This document shows, piece after piece, positions 55,769-64,000 of a stretch of 64,000 nt of DNA. The stretch lies in NCBI GenBank assembly GCA_023409675.1, contig JAEYRC010000393.1:6621-70620 (forward strand). Reading direction: 5' to 3'. Position numbers and translations under genes: made by a program. Every line of letters begins with the position of its first letter. The stretch's first letter is position 1. The notes below the pieces were generated by a model. It saw only the letters and a list, made by a program, of their open reading frames with translations. It searched no databases and was not told the origin of the DNA. The DNA comes from Bacteroidota bacterium. GTDB taxonomy: Bacteria > Bacteroidota > Bacteroidia > Chitinophagales > Chitinophagaceae.

Positions 55769-58579
55769 ATGCTCAAGAAAATGTACTTATGCCTGATGGC
55801 AGGCCTGCTTTTTTCCTCCTTAATTCTGGCGCAAACCAAAAAGGACCTGACTCCTGAGGATTATGGAAAATGGCAATCCCTGGGAGCTGTACAGCTTTCG
55901 CCAAATGGAGAATGGATCGCTTATCAGATCACAGTGCAGGAAGATAATGATACACTCTATATCGTCAACCGCGCCAGCAATAAATCGTATAAACTTGAAT
56001 TTGGCTCCATGCCCGAACTATCCCGCGACAATCAATGGATAGCCTATCGGATCGGAGTTCCGTATAAAGAAGCTGAAAAGCTGCGTGAAGCGAAAAAGCC
56101 TGTTGAAAGTAAAATGGGCTTGTTAAATCTGGCCACTGGAAAGAAAGAAGAGATCAAAAACATCAGCCGGTTTGGCTTTTCCCGCAATGGTAAATACCTG
56201 ACTGTTTACCTGGAAGCGCCGAAAGAGAGTAAAGATAAGGGAGCGGTTTTGCTGGTTAAAGATCTTTCTAATGGTACCACCCGTACCATTGGCAATGTAA
56301 CCGAATATGCACTCAACAAAAAAAGCGACTACCTGGCTTATATTGTTGAATCTGCAAATACCGCCGGAAATTCTATTGAATTGTATCATCTAAATACCGG
56401 CAATTTGAAAGTTCTGGCCAGTGATACAGCCCGCTTCTCAAAACTAACCTGGCAGAAAGACGGCGATGGTCTCGCTTTTTTCAGAAGTTACCGCAAGGAT
56501 AAATACGAAGAAGACAATGCTATGGTATATACCTATACTAATATCTACAAAACGCCTGTGCTTAAAATTTTCAATCCCGAAACGGAAAAGAATTTTCCAA
56601 AGGATATGCGCATTTTTACCGGATCAAGCCTGGCACTAAGTGATGATATGAGTACTGCCTTTTTTGGTATGAAACCCTGGACCTTTAATGAGCTTGCTAA
56701 GAAAGATGATCGCCGTCCGGGTGACAGTTTAACAAAAGCCGATAGCGCTCGCATCGATTCTACCCGGGCGATTATTGCTGCTAAAAAAGGCAGCTCCGCG
56801 GAGAAACTTTCCGGTCTGGATATCTGGCATTGGAAAGATCCGGAAATTCAACCCCGCCAGAAAATAACATTGAGGCAGGATACGATATTGAGCGCATTAA
56901 GCGCCTGGAACCTGAATAATAACCGGTTCATAACCTTAACAACAGATGAAGCCCCGTTAGCTCAGTTAACCGGTGATCAAAAATATGCAGTGGTGTATAC
57001 CAACCATAAATACAAACCTGCTTTTAAAGAAGATTTTGCCGATGCATACCTGGTCAATGTTCATACCGGTGAACGCAAGCTGGCGTTTGAAAAAGTTATT
57101 ATGGGCTTCAATACTTTTCCCAGAACCTCACCCGATGGAAAATACCTGATGTATTTTAAGGATAAACACTGGTGGACATACAACATTGCCAACGGCCGCA
57201 ATACCAATATCACTCAAAATATTAAGAGTGATTTCTGGGATGTTCACGATGACCATCCGGCGCCTTCACGGCCTGCTGTAGGTACGGGCGGATGGTTGAA
57301 AAACGATAAAGAAGTTTTGCTTTATGATGAATACAATGTTTGGGCTGTAAATCCGGATGGGAAAGGTTCCCGGAAACTAACAGACGGTGAAAAGGAAGAA
57401 ATCCGCTATCGCATTTACCGCACCGACTTTGAAGAACCGTATATTGATGATTCTAAGCCAATTCATTTTTCGATCTATGGTGACAAAACAAAAAAGTATG
57501 GTTATGCCCGGCTTGAAAAAGGAAAACTGGATCAATTGATTTTTGAGGATATGTTGATAAATCGGTTGGTTAAAGCAGAAGAAGCGAATACCTTTTTATT
57601 AATGAAGCAGGATTATGATCAATCTCCGGCGTTGTACGTGACAACTACATTTAAAGATCTGTCTCAGGTTGCAGCCACCAATCCTCAGCAATCAGAATAT
57701 CATTGGGGAAAAAGTCAGTTGATCAACTACACCAGTAAGGATGGTCAAAAATTGCAGGGCGCGCTTTTCTATCCGGCCAATTATGAAGCCGGGAAGCAGT
57801 ACCCTATGATCACCTATATTTATGAAGAATTATCGAATACAGTACATAACTATGTTATACCCAATAACCGTAGCGCGTATAACACAACAAATTTTACCAC
57901 CAGTGGTTATTTTGTTTTTCGTCCGGATATTACTTACAAAATAAATGATCCCGGAATCAGCGCGGTTAATTGCGTTGTGCCGGCTGTTGAAGAGGTGTTA
58001 AAAACAGGTATGGTTGATAAGGATAAACTGGGATTGATGGGGCATAGCTGGGGTGCTTATCAGACTTCCTTTATCATAACGCAAACCGACATGTTTAAGG
58101 CCGCTGTTGCAGGCGCGCCCCTTACAAACCTGATCTCTATGAGTAACTCAATTTATTGGAACTCCGGTGTTCCGGATTCAAAAATCTTTGAAACCAGTCA
58201 GGGCCGTTTCGATGGCCCCTGGTATGATAGAATGGAAGAACATATGCGCAATTCGCCTATGTATCAGGCTGCTAAAATCAATACGCCTTTACTGGTAGCA
58301 TTTGGTGATAAAGACGGGGCGGTTGACTGGCATCAGGGTATAGAAATGTATAGCACGATGCGACGCATGCAAAAGCCCCATATTATGCTGGTGTATGCAG
58401 ATGAAAATCATGGTCTGGCTAAAAAGGAAAACCAGATTGATTATCAAAAGCGGCAAAAAGAATATTTCGATCATTACCTTCTGGGCAAAACACCTGAAAA
58501 ATGGATCACCGAAGGGATGAGTCAGCAGGAAAAAAGCCAGCAAAAACCAGGGGCAAAGAGCGCACTCAGATCATTTTAA
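55769..58579 (+). CDS. S9 family serine peptidase (prolyl oligopeptidase / DPP-like) with N-terminal beta-propeller
   Basis: 936 aa with a signal peptide. The C-terminal alpha/beta hydrolase carries the nucleophile elbow GHSWGAY, then GDKDGAV (Asp) and ENHGL (His). Confidence 0.85.
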   Translation: MLKKMYLCLMAGLLFSSLILAQTKKDLTPEDYGKWQSLGAVQLSPNGEWIAYQITVQEDNDTLYIVNRASNKSYKLEFGSMPELSRDNQWIAYRIGVPYKEAEKLREAKKPVESKMGLLNLATGKKEEIKNISRFGFSRNGKYLTVYLEAPKESKDKGAVLLVKDLSNGTTRTIGNVTEYALNKKSDYLAYIVESANTAGNSIELYHLNTGNLKVLASDTARFSKLTWQKDGDGLAFFRSYRKDKYEEDNAMVYTYTNIYKTPVLKIFNPETEKNFPKDMRIFTGSSLALSDDMSTAFFGMKPWTFNELAKKDDRRPGDSLTKADSARIDSTRAIIAAKKGSSAEKLSGLDIWHWKDPEIQPRQKITLRQDTILSALSAWNLNNNRFITLTTDEAPLAQLTGDQKYAVVYTNHKYKPAFKEDFADAYLVNVHTGERKLAFEKVIMGFNTFPRTSPDGKYLMYFKDKHWWTYNIANGRNTNITQNIKSDFWDVHDDHPAPSRPAVGTGGWLKNDKEVLLYDEYNVWAVNPDGKGSRKLTDGEKEEIRYRIYRTDFEEPYIDDSKPIHFSIYGDKTKKYGYARLEKGKLDQLIFEDMLINRLVKAEEANTFLLMKQDYDQSPALYVTTTFKDLSQVAATNPQQSEYHWGKSQLINYTSKDGQKLQGALFYPANYEAGKQYPMITYIYEELSNTVHNYVIPNNRSAYNTTNFTTSGYFVFRPDITYKINDPGISAVNCVVPAVEEVLKTGMVDKDKLGLMGHSWGAYQTSFIITQTDMFKAAVAGAPLTNLISMSNSIYWNSGVPDSKIFETSQGRFDGPWYDRMEEHMRNSPMYQAAKINTPLLVAFGDKDGAVDWHQGIEMYSTMRRMQKPHIMLVYADENHGLAKKENQIDYQKRQKEYFDHYLLGKTPEKWITEGMSQQEKSQQKPGAKSALRSF

Positions 58580-58587
58580 AAACAAGA

Positions 58588-58617
58588 AAAGGAGAGATTT
58601 TTATCTCTCTTTTTTTT
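58588..58617 (+). terminator. Rho-independent terminator after the S9 peptidase
   Basis: Stem gagagat (58592-58598) pairs with atctctc (58603-58609) around the loop tttt. A T8 run follows. Confidence 0.6.
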
Positions 58618-58849
58618 GATAATTGCTTCATAAGTAAATGAGTCATTATTTATACCTGACCTTAAGAAGCCGTTTATTAACGTGATCCCCAGCCCATAGT
58701 TATGCTCCAATAACCTGCTGCAACTGCAATTGCTGCTGAGAATATTAAACAGTAGGGTAATGGCCTAAGCCTTCAGTGTTATTAATTAGTAAACAGTTAA
58801 AACACGTTCTATAAAATGGGTTTCTCGGTTGCGTGCTTTATCCATTTCT

Positions 58850-60019
58850 TCACTCATACATCTTAGGCAAATCCTTTTCAAACAAGGTATACGGATCCTG
58901 ATAGAACTTTAGGAAATCGGGCACACTGCTATGTCCGGGAAAAGGGGCATAATAATGTGTTTTACTGGTTACGTCATTGCGCCAGACCAATACATAGCAT
59001 AACTGTAGGCCCGGGGATTTCAACACTTTTAACAGCACTTCCGTCCACCACTGGTCATTAGGGATAGACTCTAATCCGGTTTCTGTGAATGCTGCCAGTT
59101 TGTTTGATTTCTTTGCATAATCAGAAACGATCTTTAATAGTTTGGTTGCTCTTGCAGTATCATATTTCCCATAACGACCCATATCACCATAGTTATCCAT
59201 ACCAACCATATCCACCCATTCATCCCCGGGATAACGATCTAAAAATTCAGCTTCACTATTGAATCTGTTGTCGTGCGCAAAGGCATATAAAAAGTTATGT
59301 ACACCAATACTGTCGCGCAGGTATTGCACCGTAAACTTCCATAAATTTATAAACTCCTGTTTGGTGCTGTGCGCTTTGCCCCACCAGAACCAATCGCCAT
59401 CAAACTCGTGAAAGGGGCGAAAGATCATAGGAACGAGTTTGCCATCTTTCCCCCGGGTGCTAGTAGCCCATTGGCCAATACCTTTCAATATTGCTTTGTA
59501 TTTTTCATGTGCACTGCCACCAGGAATGATATAACGCACTGCGGGAAGTGAAACAGAATCTTTCCAGTAAAAACCGCCTCCGGATACAGGGTTTGAAAAA
59601 TGCCACGCTACGGTAATTACGCCTCCTCTGTCATAGGTGTCTGCTACTACCTTACGAAGACGGGACTTCTCCCGTTCAATTGCTTCTTCCGGTTGCCCGG
59701 AAAATCCGCTTAGATCTACACCAATCACCGCCGGATGTGAGCCGGTAACGGATTTCACATCACTGCGGTCTGCATCTCCCGACCAGCCATGGCCATACTC
59801 GGTAGCATGCTGATGGCCAAACAGCGTATGGTTTTTAGATAGCAGCATTAAATTCCTGAAAAGCGCTTTTGTTTCAGTGGTAGCGTTTTTGTCAATAGTA
59901 TGGATGGTTTGTACAGGTGTTGATGCCGTTGTTTCCGCAGGGGGTATTACCTTACAACCAGCCATTATCATTATTATGGCAGGTATACTAATTCTTGCTT
60001 TTCGGAATAAATTGCTCAT
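58850..60019 (-). CDS. GH26 family beta-mannanase (lipoprotein)
   Basis: 389 aa with lipobox MAGC|K. It has the GH26 signature FRPFHEFDGDWFWWG (acid/base Glu) and the nucleophile region AAFTETG. Confidence 0.85.
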   Translation of the reverse strand: MSNLFRKARISIPAIIMIMAGCKVIPPAETTASTPVQTIHTIDKNATTETKALFRNLMLLSKNHTLFGHQHATEYGHGWSGDADRSDVKSVTGSHPAVIGVDLSGFSGQPEEAIEREKSRLRKVVADTYDRGGVITVAWHFSNPVSGGGFYWKDSVSLPAVRYIIPGGSAHEKYKAILKGIGQWATSTRGKDGKLVPMIFRPFHEFDGDWFWWGKAHSTKQEFINLWKFTVQYLRDSIGVHNFLYAFAHDNRFNSEAEFLDRYPGDEWVDMVGMDNYGDMGRYGKYDTARATKLLKIVSDYAKKSNKLAAFTETGLESIPNDQWWTEVLLKVLKSPGLQLCYVLVWRNDVTSKTHYYAPFPGHSSVPDFLKFYQDPYTLFEKDLPKMYE

Positions 60020-60070
60020 TGATATTTCTATTGATTTTTGTTCTGAAAAATAAATTTCCTGCAGAATGTA

Positions 60071-60190
60071 AAATATATTTCAGCAGATGAACAGCCTTTC
60101 CCGCAGATTTCGCTGATTTTTAGCTGATATGCGCAGATTAACAGCCGGTTTCGCAGATTAACAGCCGGTTTTCGGAGATTAAAAGCCGCA
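60071..60190. repeat. 77-nt conserved upstream module plus three tandem 20-nt units
   Basis: 60071-60147 matches 61480-61556 at 73 of 77 positions. The 20-nt units are gcgcagattaacagccggtt (60131-60150), tcgcagattaacagccggtt (60151-60170) and ttcggagattaaaagccgca (60171-60190). Confidence 0.85.
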
Positions 60191-60200
60191 TTGTTCATTG

Positions 60201-61436
60201 TTATTTCAATTGGTACATGTTCGGAGCTTCATCTCCAAACATGACATAATCACTATTCTTAAACAGGTTGAAATCAGGCGCTGCCGCATGACCGGCATAA
60301 GGTGTCCAAAAGGCGTTTTTCGTATTTGCCCACACCAATGCATACGCTATCTCAACCTTATTCAATTGCAGTACGGCAAGTAGTTTTTGAGTGTACCAGT
60401 TGGTTTGGGTAAGGTTTTGCAAACCCGTTTCGGTAAGTGCCGCTATTTTATTTGCTTTTTTTGCATAGTTGGAAACAATAGCAAGTTTTGATGAAGCCAC
60501 TGTATTAGAAACTTCAGGAGCGAAATCACCATAATTATCGACTCCTACCAGGTCGACAAATGCATCTCCTGGATATCGTTCAAGATATTCTGCTTCACTT
60601 GTAAAATTTTTATCTGGTGACCAGCCATATAAGAAGTTGCGAACGTTCAGACTATCCCGGAGACAAGTAACGGTAAACTGAAACAGCGTCTTGTATTCAG
60701 CAGGGGAGCAGTGGCTGGCACCCCACCAAAACCAATCCCCATCAAACTCATGAAAGGGTCGGAAGATGACAGGCACCAGTTTGCCATCAGCACCTATTAG
60801 TGATTTTGCGAAATCACCAATGGTATTCAATGAATTTTTATATACCTGGTGATGACTGCCACCGGGAATAATCTTACTGACCGCAATTACGGGAGATTCC
60901 GACCAGTAAAAACTTCCTTGTGAAACAGGATTTTGATAATGCCAGGCAAAAGTGCTAACACCTCCTCTGTTGTATGCTTCTATAGTTAGCCGTTTTGCAA
61001 TCTGTGCTTCATAATTGAACCAGTTTCCGGTTTCAAAATTGGCGATGTGCAGAAAGTCTTGCCCGTATACCACCGGATAGCTGCCAGTAACTTCTTTTAC
61101 ATCTGATTTTTCAGAAGATACCGCTGGCAGGTGCTCTTCGTTTGCCCATTGTGTAGTAGCATTGGTAACACCCCGCTTGGTTGCATCCTGGTGCCCAAAC
61201 AGCACATTAGTTTTGGCTACTTTCTTCAGGTTATAAAATAGTGCGGCCGTTTCGTTTGTTGCATTTTTATCAACCAGCCAGTCTTTAACTGTTGCCATGG
61301 AAGGTACAGCATCTGGTGGCGGTGTAGTGCCCCTTCCGCCTATCGTCCAGTTGTCTTCTTTTTTACATGTAATAAAGGCGATTGCAATCAGCAACGCAAT
61401 GGTTCCTTTATTTAACATAGTTTCCATAAGTTTCAT
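60201..61436 (-). CDS. GH26 family beta-mannanase paralog (lipoprotein)
   Basis: 411 aa with lipobox AFITC|KK. It has the same FRPFHEFDGDWFWWG motif and an AALTETG nucleophile region. By eye it is about 50% identical to the neighbouring GH26. Confidence 0.85.
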   Translation of the reverse strand: MKLMETMLNKGTIALLIAIAFITCKKEDNWTIGGRGTTPPPDAVPSMATVKDWLVDKNATNETAALFYNLKKVAKTNVLFGHQDATKRGVTNATTQWANEEHLPAVSSEKSDVKEVTGSYPVVYGQDFLHIANFETGNWFNYEAQIAKRLTIEAYNRGGVSTFAWHYQNPVSQGSFYWSESPVIAVSKIIPGGSHHQVYKNSLNTIGDFAKSLIGADGKLVPVIFRPFHEFDGDWFWWGASHCSPAEYKTLFQFTVTCLRDSLNVRNFLYGWSPDKNFTSEAEYLERYPGDAFVDLVGVDNYGDFAPEVSNTVASSKLAIVSNYAKKANKIAALTETGLQNLTQTNWYTQKLLAVLQLNKVEIAYALVWANTKNAFWTPYAGHAAAPDFNLFKNSDYVMFGDEAPNMYQLK

Positions 61437-61479
61437 ATTATGCTTTCTTAGCTGACATAGTGTTTAGGTATCGAAAGAA

Positions 61480-61556
61480 AAATATATTCCTGCAGATGAA
61501 CAGCCTTTCCCGCAGATTTCGCTGATTTTTAGAAGATATGCGCAGATTAACAGCCG
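61480..61556. repeat. Second copy of the 77-nt upstream module
   Basis: See 60071-60147. It lies 44-120 nt upstream of ATG 61436. The other copy lies 52-128 nt upstream of ATG 60019. Confidence 0.85.
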
Positions 61557-61574
61557 AAGATTTGCTGGGGTATT

Positions 61575-61617
61575 TATTAAAAAAGCCGGCTCATTCATGG
61601 TTAGTTTGAGTCGGCTT
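61575..61617 (-). terminator. Rho-independent terminator after the IPT/TIG lipoprotein gene
   Basis: On the minus strand, aagccgactc pairs with gagccggctt (one G-T wobble, plus-strand 61583-61592 and 61608-61617). TTTTTT follows. The terminator lies 27 nt after the stop codon. Confidence 0.65.
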
Positions 61618-61643
61618 TAACTGAAACATTTTTATATTTTACC

Positions 61644-63197
61644 TCACCTGAGCCCTACATGGTCGATATGTACGGTACCGGTAAAGCCAGCAGACTGAAG
61701 AACGATTTCAGACAGGGTAGCAGGGCTGCCCATATCGGCCAGGCTGACACTGAAGGTTGTCCATTCGCCGCCAACAATAGTCACCTGGGGCGAAGGCCCG
61801 CCATAGTTGCCATTGGTGATGATCTGGATTTTCTTACCATTCAGGCTTGCATCGGCAAAGACTGAAAATTCCAGCCGTGTATATCCTGTTGTTGACTGGT
61901 CCGTAGTTGCATGAAAGGTTAGGCCCTGGTAGCCATTTCCACCATATACGGCACGAATGGATGTTGTACCCTGGCGTACAACAGCAGTGCTGTTGAAATC
62001 ATGCACATCGGTATAAGACCAGTCCTGAAATGTATTATGCAGGCCATCCGTAAAAATTGGGAAATTGAAATCAGCCAGTGGTGGCAGACCCCCGGTTAAT
62101 TCAAGTACTTGTGGTGATTCTACTGTTAAGGTAGAGTTCAGTACTTCCATCACGAGTTTGCCTTTTAATGTGCCCTCAGGAACTTTAACCACCAGTTGCG
62201 TGGCAGACTGACTAACAAAACTGCTCACGATTTCAGGAGCTCCGGTAAATGCTACTGATGTTATAAGATCAAGGTTAGTTCCTGTGATAGTAAGATTAGC
62301 GCCATGATCTATTGGATTAGGCGCAATGCTTGTAATAACCGGAAGTACCACATCAAGATCCTGCTCCGATTCAATGGCAACGCCTGATGCGGAAACCAAT
62401 GCTATTTTTCCCTTGCGTGTAGATTCAGGAATATTCACAACGATCTCTGTAGCAGAATGACTTACAAAACTCGTAACCGGGGTAGTAACACCTGTAAAAA
62501 TTATCTGTTTTACAAGATCAAGATCAGTACCGGTGATGGTTAAATCTGTTTTATGCTTGATAGCATTCGGTGCCATCTCTGTTATAGCAGGCAATGTAAC
62601 ATTTAAGGTATCCTCAGTAGTAAACTGCAGGGGTTCTGTACCTGAATAGAAGATGGTTAACGGACCAGTTTGCGCATCTTCAGGAACCTTAACCACCAAC
62701 TGGTTGATTGATTGACTTACAAATGTGTCTACGATTTTATCATTAGCAAATACTACCCGTGTTACCCAGTTAAGGTAATTACCCGAGATAGTGATGTTTT
62801 CGCCGGGTCGCGCTTGTGGGGTTATTTCAGAAACCGAGGAAGTTACCTGCAAATTAAGCTGAGTTTTAGTTACAATATCTCCTTCCGGTGCTCTGAGCGT
62901 AACGATTCCTTTTTCAGCCTGTTGTGGTACCAGTACCAAAATCAGCTCGGGCGTTTGCTGGATAAATGCTGATTGTTCAACTTCAGCGCCTGTACCGGAA
63001 AATGCTATTGCGGTAATTCTGTTAAGGTTATTTCCAATGAAACGCAACGTATCTCCGTGCATTGCGCCTGTTGGCCCAAAGCTTAACAGCTCTGTTATGT
63101 CGGTGCCCGCATCGTTATCCTTTTTGCAGGAAATTATCACCCCCATTATCAGAAGGCATAAAAATGGAAGCAGTCGCTTCTTACTATTTTTGATCAT
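61644..63197 (-). CDS. IPT/TIG-repeat cell-surface lipoprotein with C-terminal putative carbohydrate-binding domain (SGBP-like)
   Basis: 517 aa with lipobox VIISC|KKD. It has about four tandem IPT-like repeats, each carrying I(T/S)G(T/N)NLDL / (V)SFVSQSAT(Q/E)(L/I)VV(K/N)(V/I)PE. A distinct ~150-aa beta-rich C-terminal domain follows. Confidence 0.7.
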   Translation of the reverse strand: MIKNSKKRLLPFLCLLIMGVIISCKKDNDAGTDITELLSFGPTGAMHGDTLRFIGNNLNRITAIAFSGTGAEVEQSAFIQQTPELILVLVPQQAEKGIVTLRAPEGDIVTKTQLNLQVTSSVSEITPQARPGENITISGNYLNWVTRVVFANDKIVDTFVSQSINQLVVKVPEDAQTGPLTIFYSGTEPLQFTTEDTLNVTLPAITEMAPNAIKHKTDLTITGTDLDLVKQIIFTGVTTPVTSFVSHSATEIVVNIPESTRKGKIALVSASGVAIESEQDLDVVLPVITSIAPNPIDHGANLTITGTNLDLITSVAFTGAPEIVSSFVSQSATQLVVKVPEGTLKGKLVMEVLNSTLTVESPQVLELTGGLPPLADFNFPIFTDGLHNTFQDWSYTDVHDFNSTAVVRQGTTSIRAVYGGNGYQGLTFHATTDQSTTGYTRLEFSVFADASLNGKKIQIITNGNYGGPSPQVTIVGGEWTTFSVSLADMGSPATLSEIVLQSAGFTGTVHIDHVGLR

Positions 63198-63220
63198 ATA
63201 GTTGATTTAAACTGGATAAA

Positions 63221-64000
63221 TTAGTTAGGGAGAACTTTTGGAACTACCCTGAAATTATCGAAGGAAATATCTGCATCCAGCTCTCCGGGTCCTTGAATCA
63301 GTAGTCTTGTCCAATAACCATCAGGATTCACGACAGGTCTTACTGCATAGCTTGATATTATTTCCTCAAACGGAATAACGATAGTATGCCATTCGCCTTT
63401 CGAATCGTAGGGAGGTTGCCACTGATAAGCATTATTGTCTTCCGCATTCATTCCGGCATTAATTCTGATGGTGCTCGCATTGTATGGTTTGATCGAGTTG
63501 AATTCGAACTTCAGGTTGTAATCTTCCGGCTTGGTAATAGCTGCATCGGGAATATTTTTGCTGTGATTAGGCATAGCAGTTGCAGGTCCGCCGGCTATTT
63601 CATTCCAGCTCCAGGCGCCAATAATTTTACTAACCCTGATATAGTTACCATTTATTTTTGGCGGATCGTTGGGTCCGGGATTTGAAACAACATACGATGA
63701 ATTCCACCAGCCTTCATAGGGATCACTGCTGATAAAAATATTTCGGTTATCCCTGAACCAAAAGTTTGACGCTGTGGCGCCAAAATTGGTGGTTACGGTT
63801 ATACGTCCGGGTTCTGCTCCTGCCGGTACCCGAACCTGTATAATTTTATCGGTAACGGAAACGATTTCACCCTCTACGTCGCCGGTAAATGTTACTGTGA
63901 GCGGCTCATAAAAGTAATCCCCTCTGATGGTGGCAATATCACCCTCATTAACATATTCAGAAATCATATTGCTCACCACCGGTTCGCTTATCTGTACTTC
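63221..64000 (-). CDS. IPT/TIG-domain glycan-binding surface protein, C-terminal part (5' end outside window)
   Basis: The frame is open to the window edge (…EVQISEPVVSNMISEY…). It has an IPT-like segment (GDIATIRGDYF...IIQVRVPAGAEPGRITV) and then a beta-sandwich-like domain. Confidence 0.6.
   Translation of the reverse strand, partial: EVQISEPVVSNMISEYVNEGDIATIRGDYFYEPLTVTFTGDVEGEIVSVTDKIIQVRVPAGAEPGRITVTTNFGATASNFWFRDNRNIFISSDPYEGWWNSSYVVSNPGPNDPPKINGNYIRVSKIIGAWSWNEIAGGPATAMPNHSKNIPDAAITKPEDYNLKFEFNSIKPYNASTIRINAGMNAEDNNAYQWQPPYDSKGEWHTIVIPFEEIISSYAVRPVVNPDGYWTRLLIQGPGELDADISFDNFRVVPKVLPN

Noticed and set aside
60131-60190. Three 20-nt tandem units might be a mini CRISPR-like array.
   Set aside because: The units are contiguous with no spacers. 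They are far shorter than CRISPR repeats and no cas genes are present. They are a simple tandem duplication within the upstream module.

Overview
This window looks like chromosomal DNA from a Bacteroidota genome, of the Chitinophagia or Sphingobacteriia type. The evidence is three SusC/SusD-type loci, a T9SS C-terminal sorting domain, ECF sigma/FecR control of a SusC, TAnnTTTG -7 boxes, and no Shine-Dalgarno sequences. It is densely coding, at roughly 50 genes.

Gene content from left to right:
- 0.5-8 kb: a same-strand sulfur-handling cluster. It holds a TauE exporter, a CstB-like persulfide dioxygenase-rhodanese fusion, an MFS transporter, a DUF202 protein, a single-domain rhodanese, a tandem Usp, a YeeE/YedE pair and a TsdA-like diheme cytochrome c.
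- 8-10.7 kb: three envelope proteins of unknown function.
- 10.9-13.5 kb: a TPR histidine kinase with a LuxR-type response regulator.
- 13.8-15.2 kb: a T9SS cargo protein.
- 15.8-20.4 kb: a stand-alone SusC/SusD pair.
- 20.4-23.9 kb: a DoxX-YceI-oxidoreductase operon and a Crp/Fnr regulator.
- 24-27 kb: a tightly coupled four-gene operon of umuD, umuC, an unknown ORF and an SRAP (YedK-like) gene.
- 27-28 kb: an EamA transporter.
- 28.3-38.7 kb: a seven-gene locus of ECF sigma, FecR, STN-SusC, SusD, DUF4843, a PKD-like lipoprotein and a TlpA thioredoxin.
- 40.2-46.1 kb and 49.3-55.3 kb: two paralogous tripartite RND efflux operons in convergent orientation.
- 46.2-49.0 kb, between the pumps: a small island (SDR, DUF2200, DoxX-like, SRPBCC) plus a fusion scar. 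The scar joins the 5' end of an ECF sigma gene to the 3' end of a TlpA gene.
- 55.8-58.6 kb: an S9 peptidase.
- 58.9-64 kb: the edge of a mannan-type polysaccharide utilisation locus (PUL), with two GH26 paralogs and two IPT/TIG surface proteins.

The least explained signals are non-coding:
- A ~190-nt element occurs twice in direct orientation (22673-22866 and 38905-39099). It has two nearly identical blocks at conserved spacing, and each copy sits inside an unusual ~1-kb gene desert.
- A 77-nt module is 95% identical upstream of both GH26 genes, far more conserved than the genes themselves.
- There are several REP-like structured repeats.

I saw no rRNA, tRNA, CRISPR array, transposase or integrase. 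All homology calls come from motif recognition by eye, and no searches were run.
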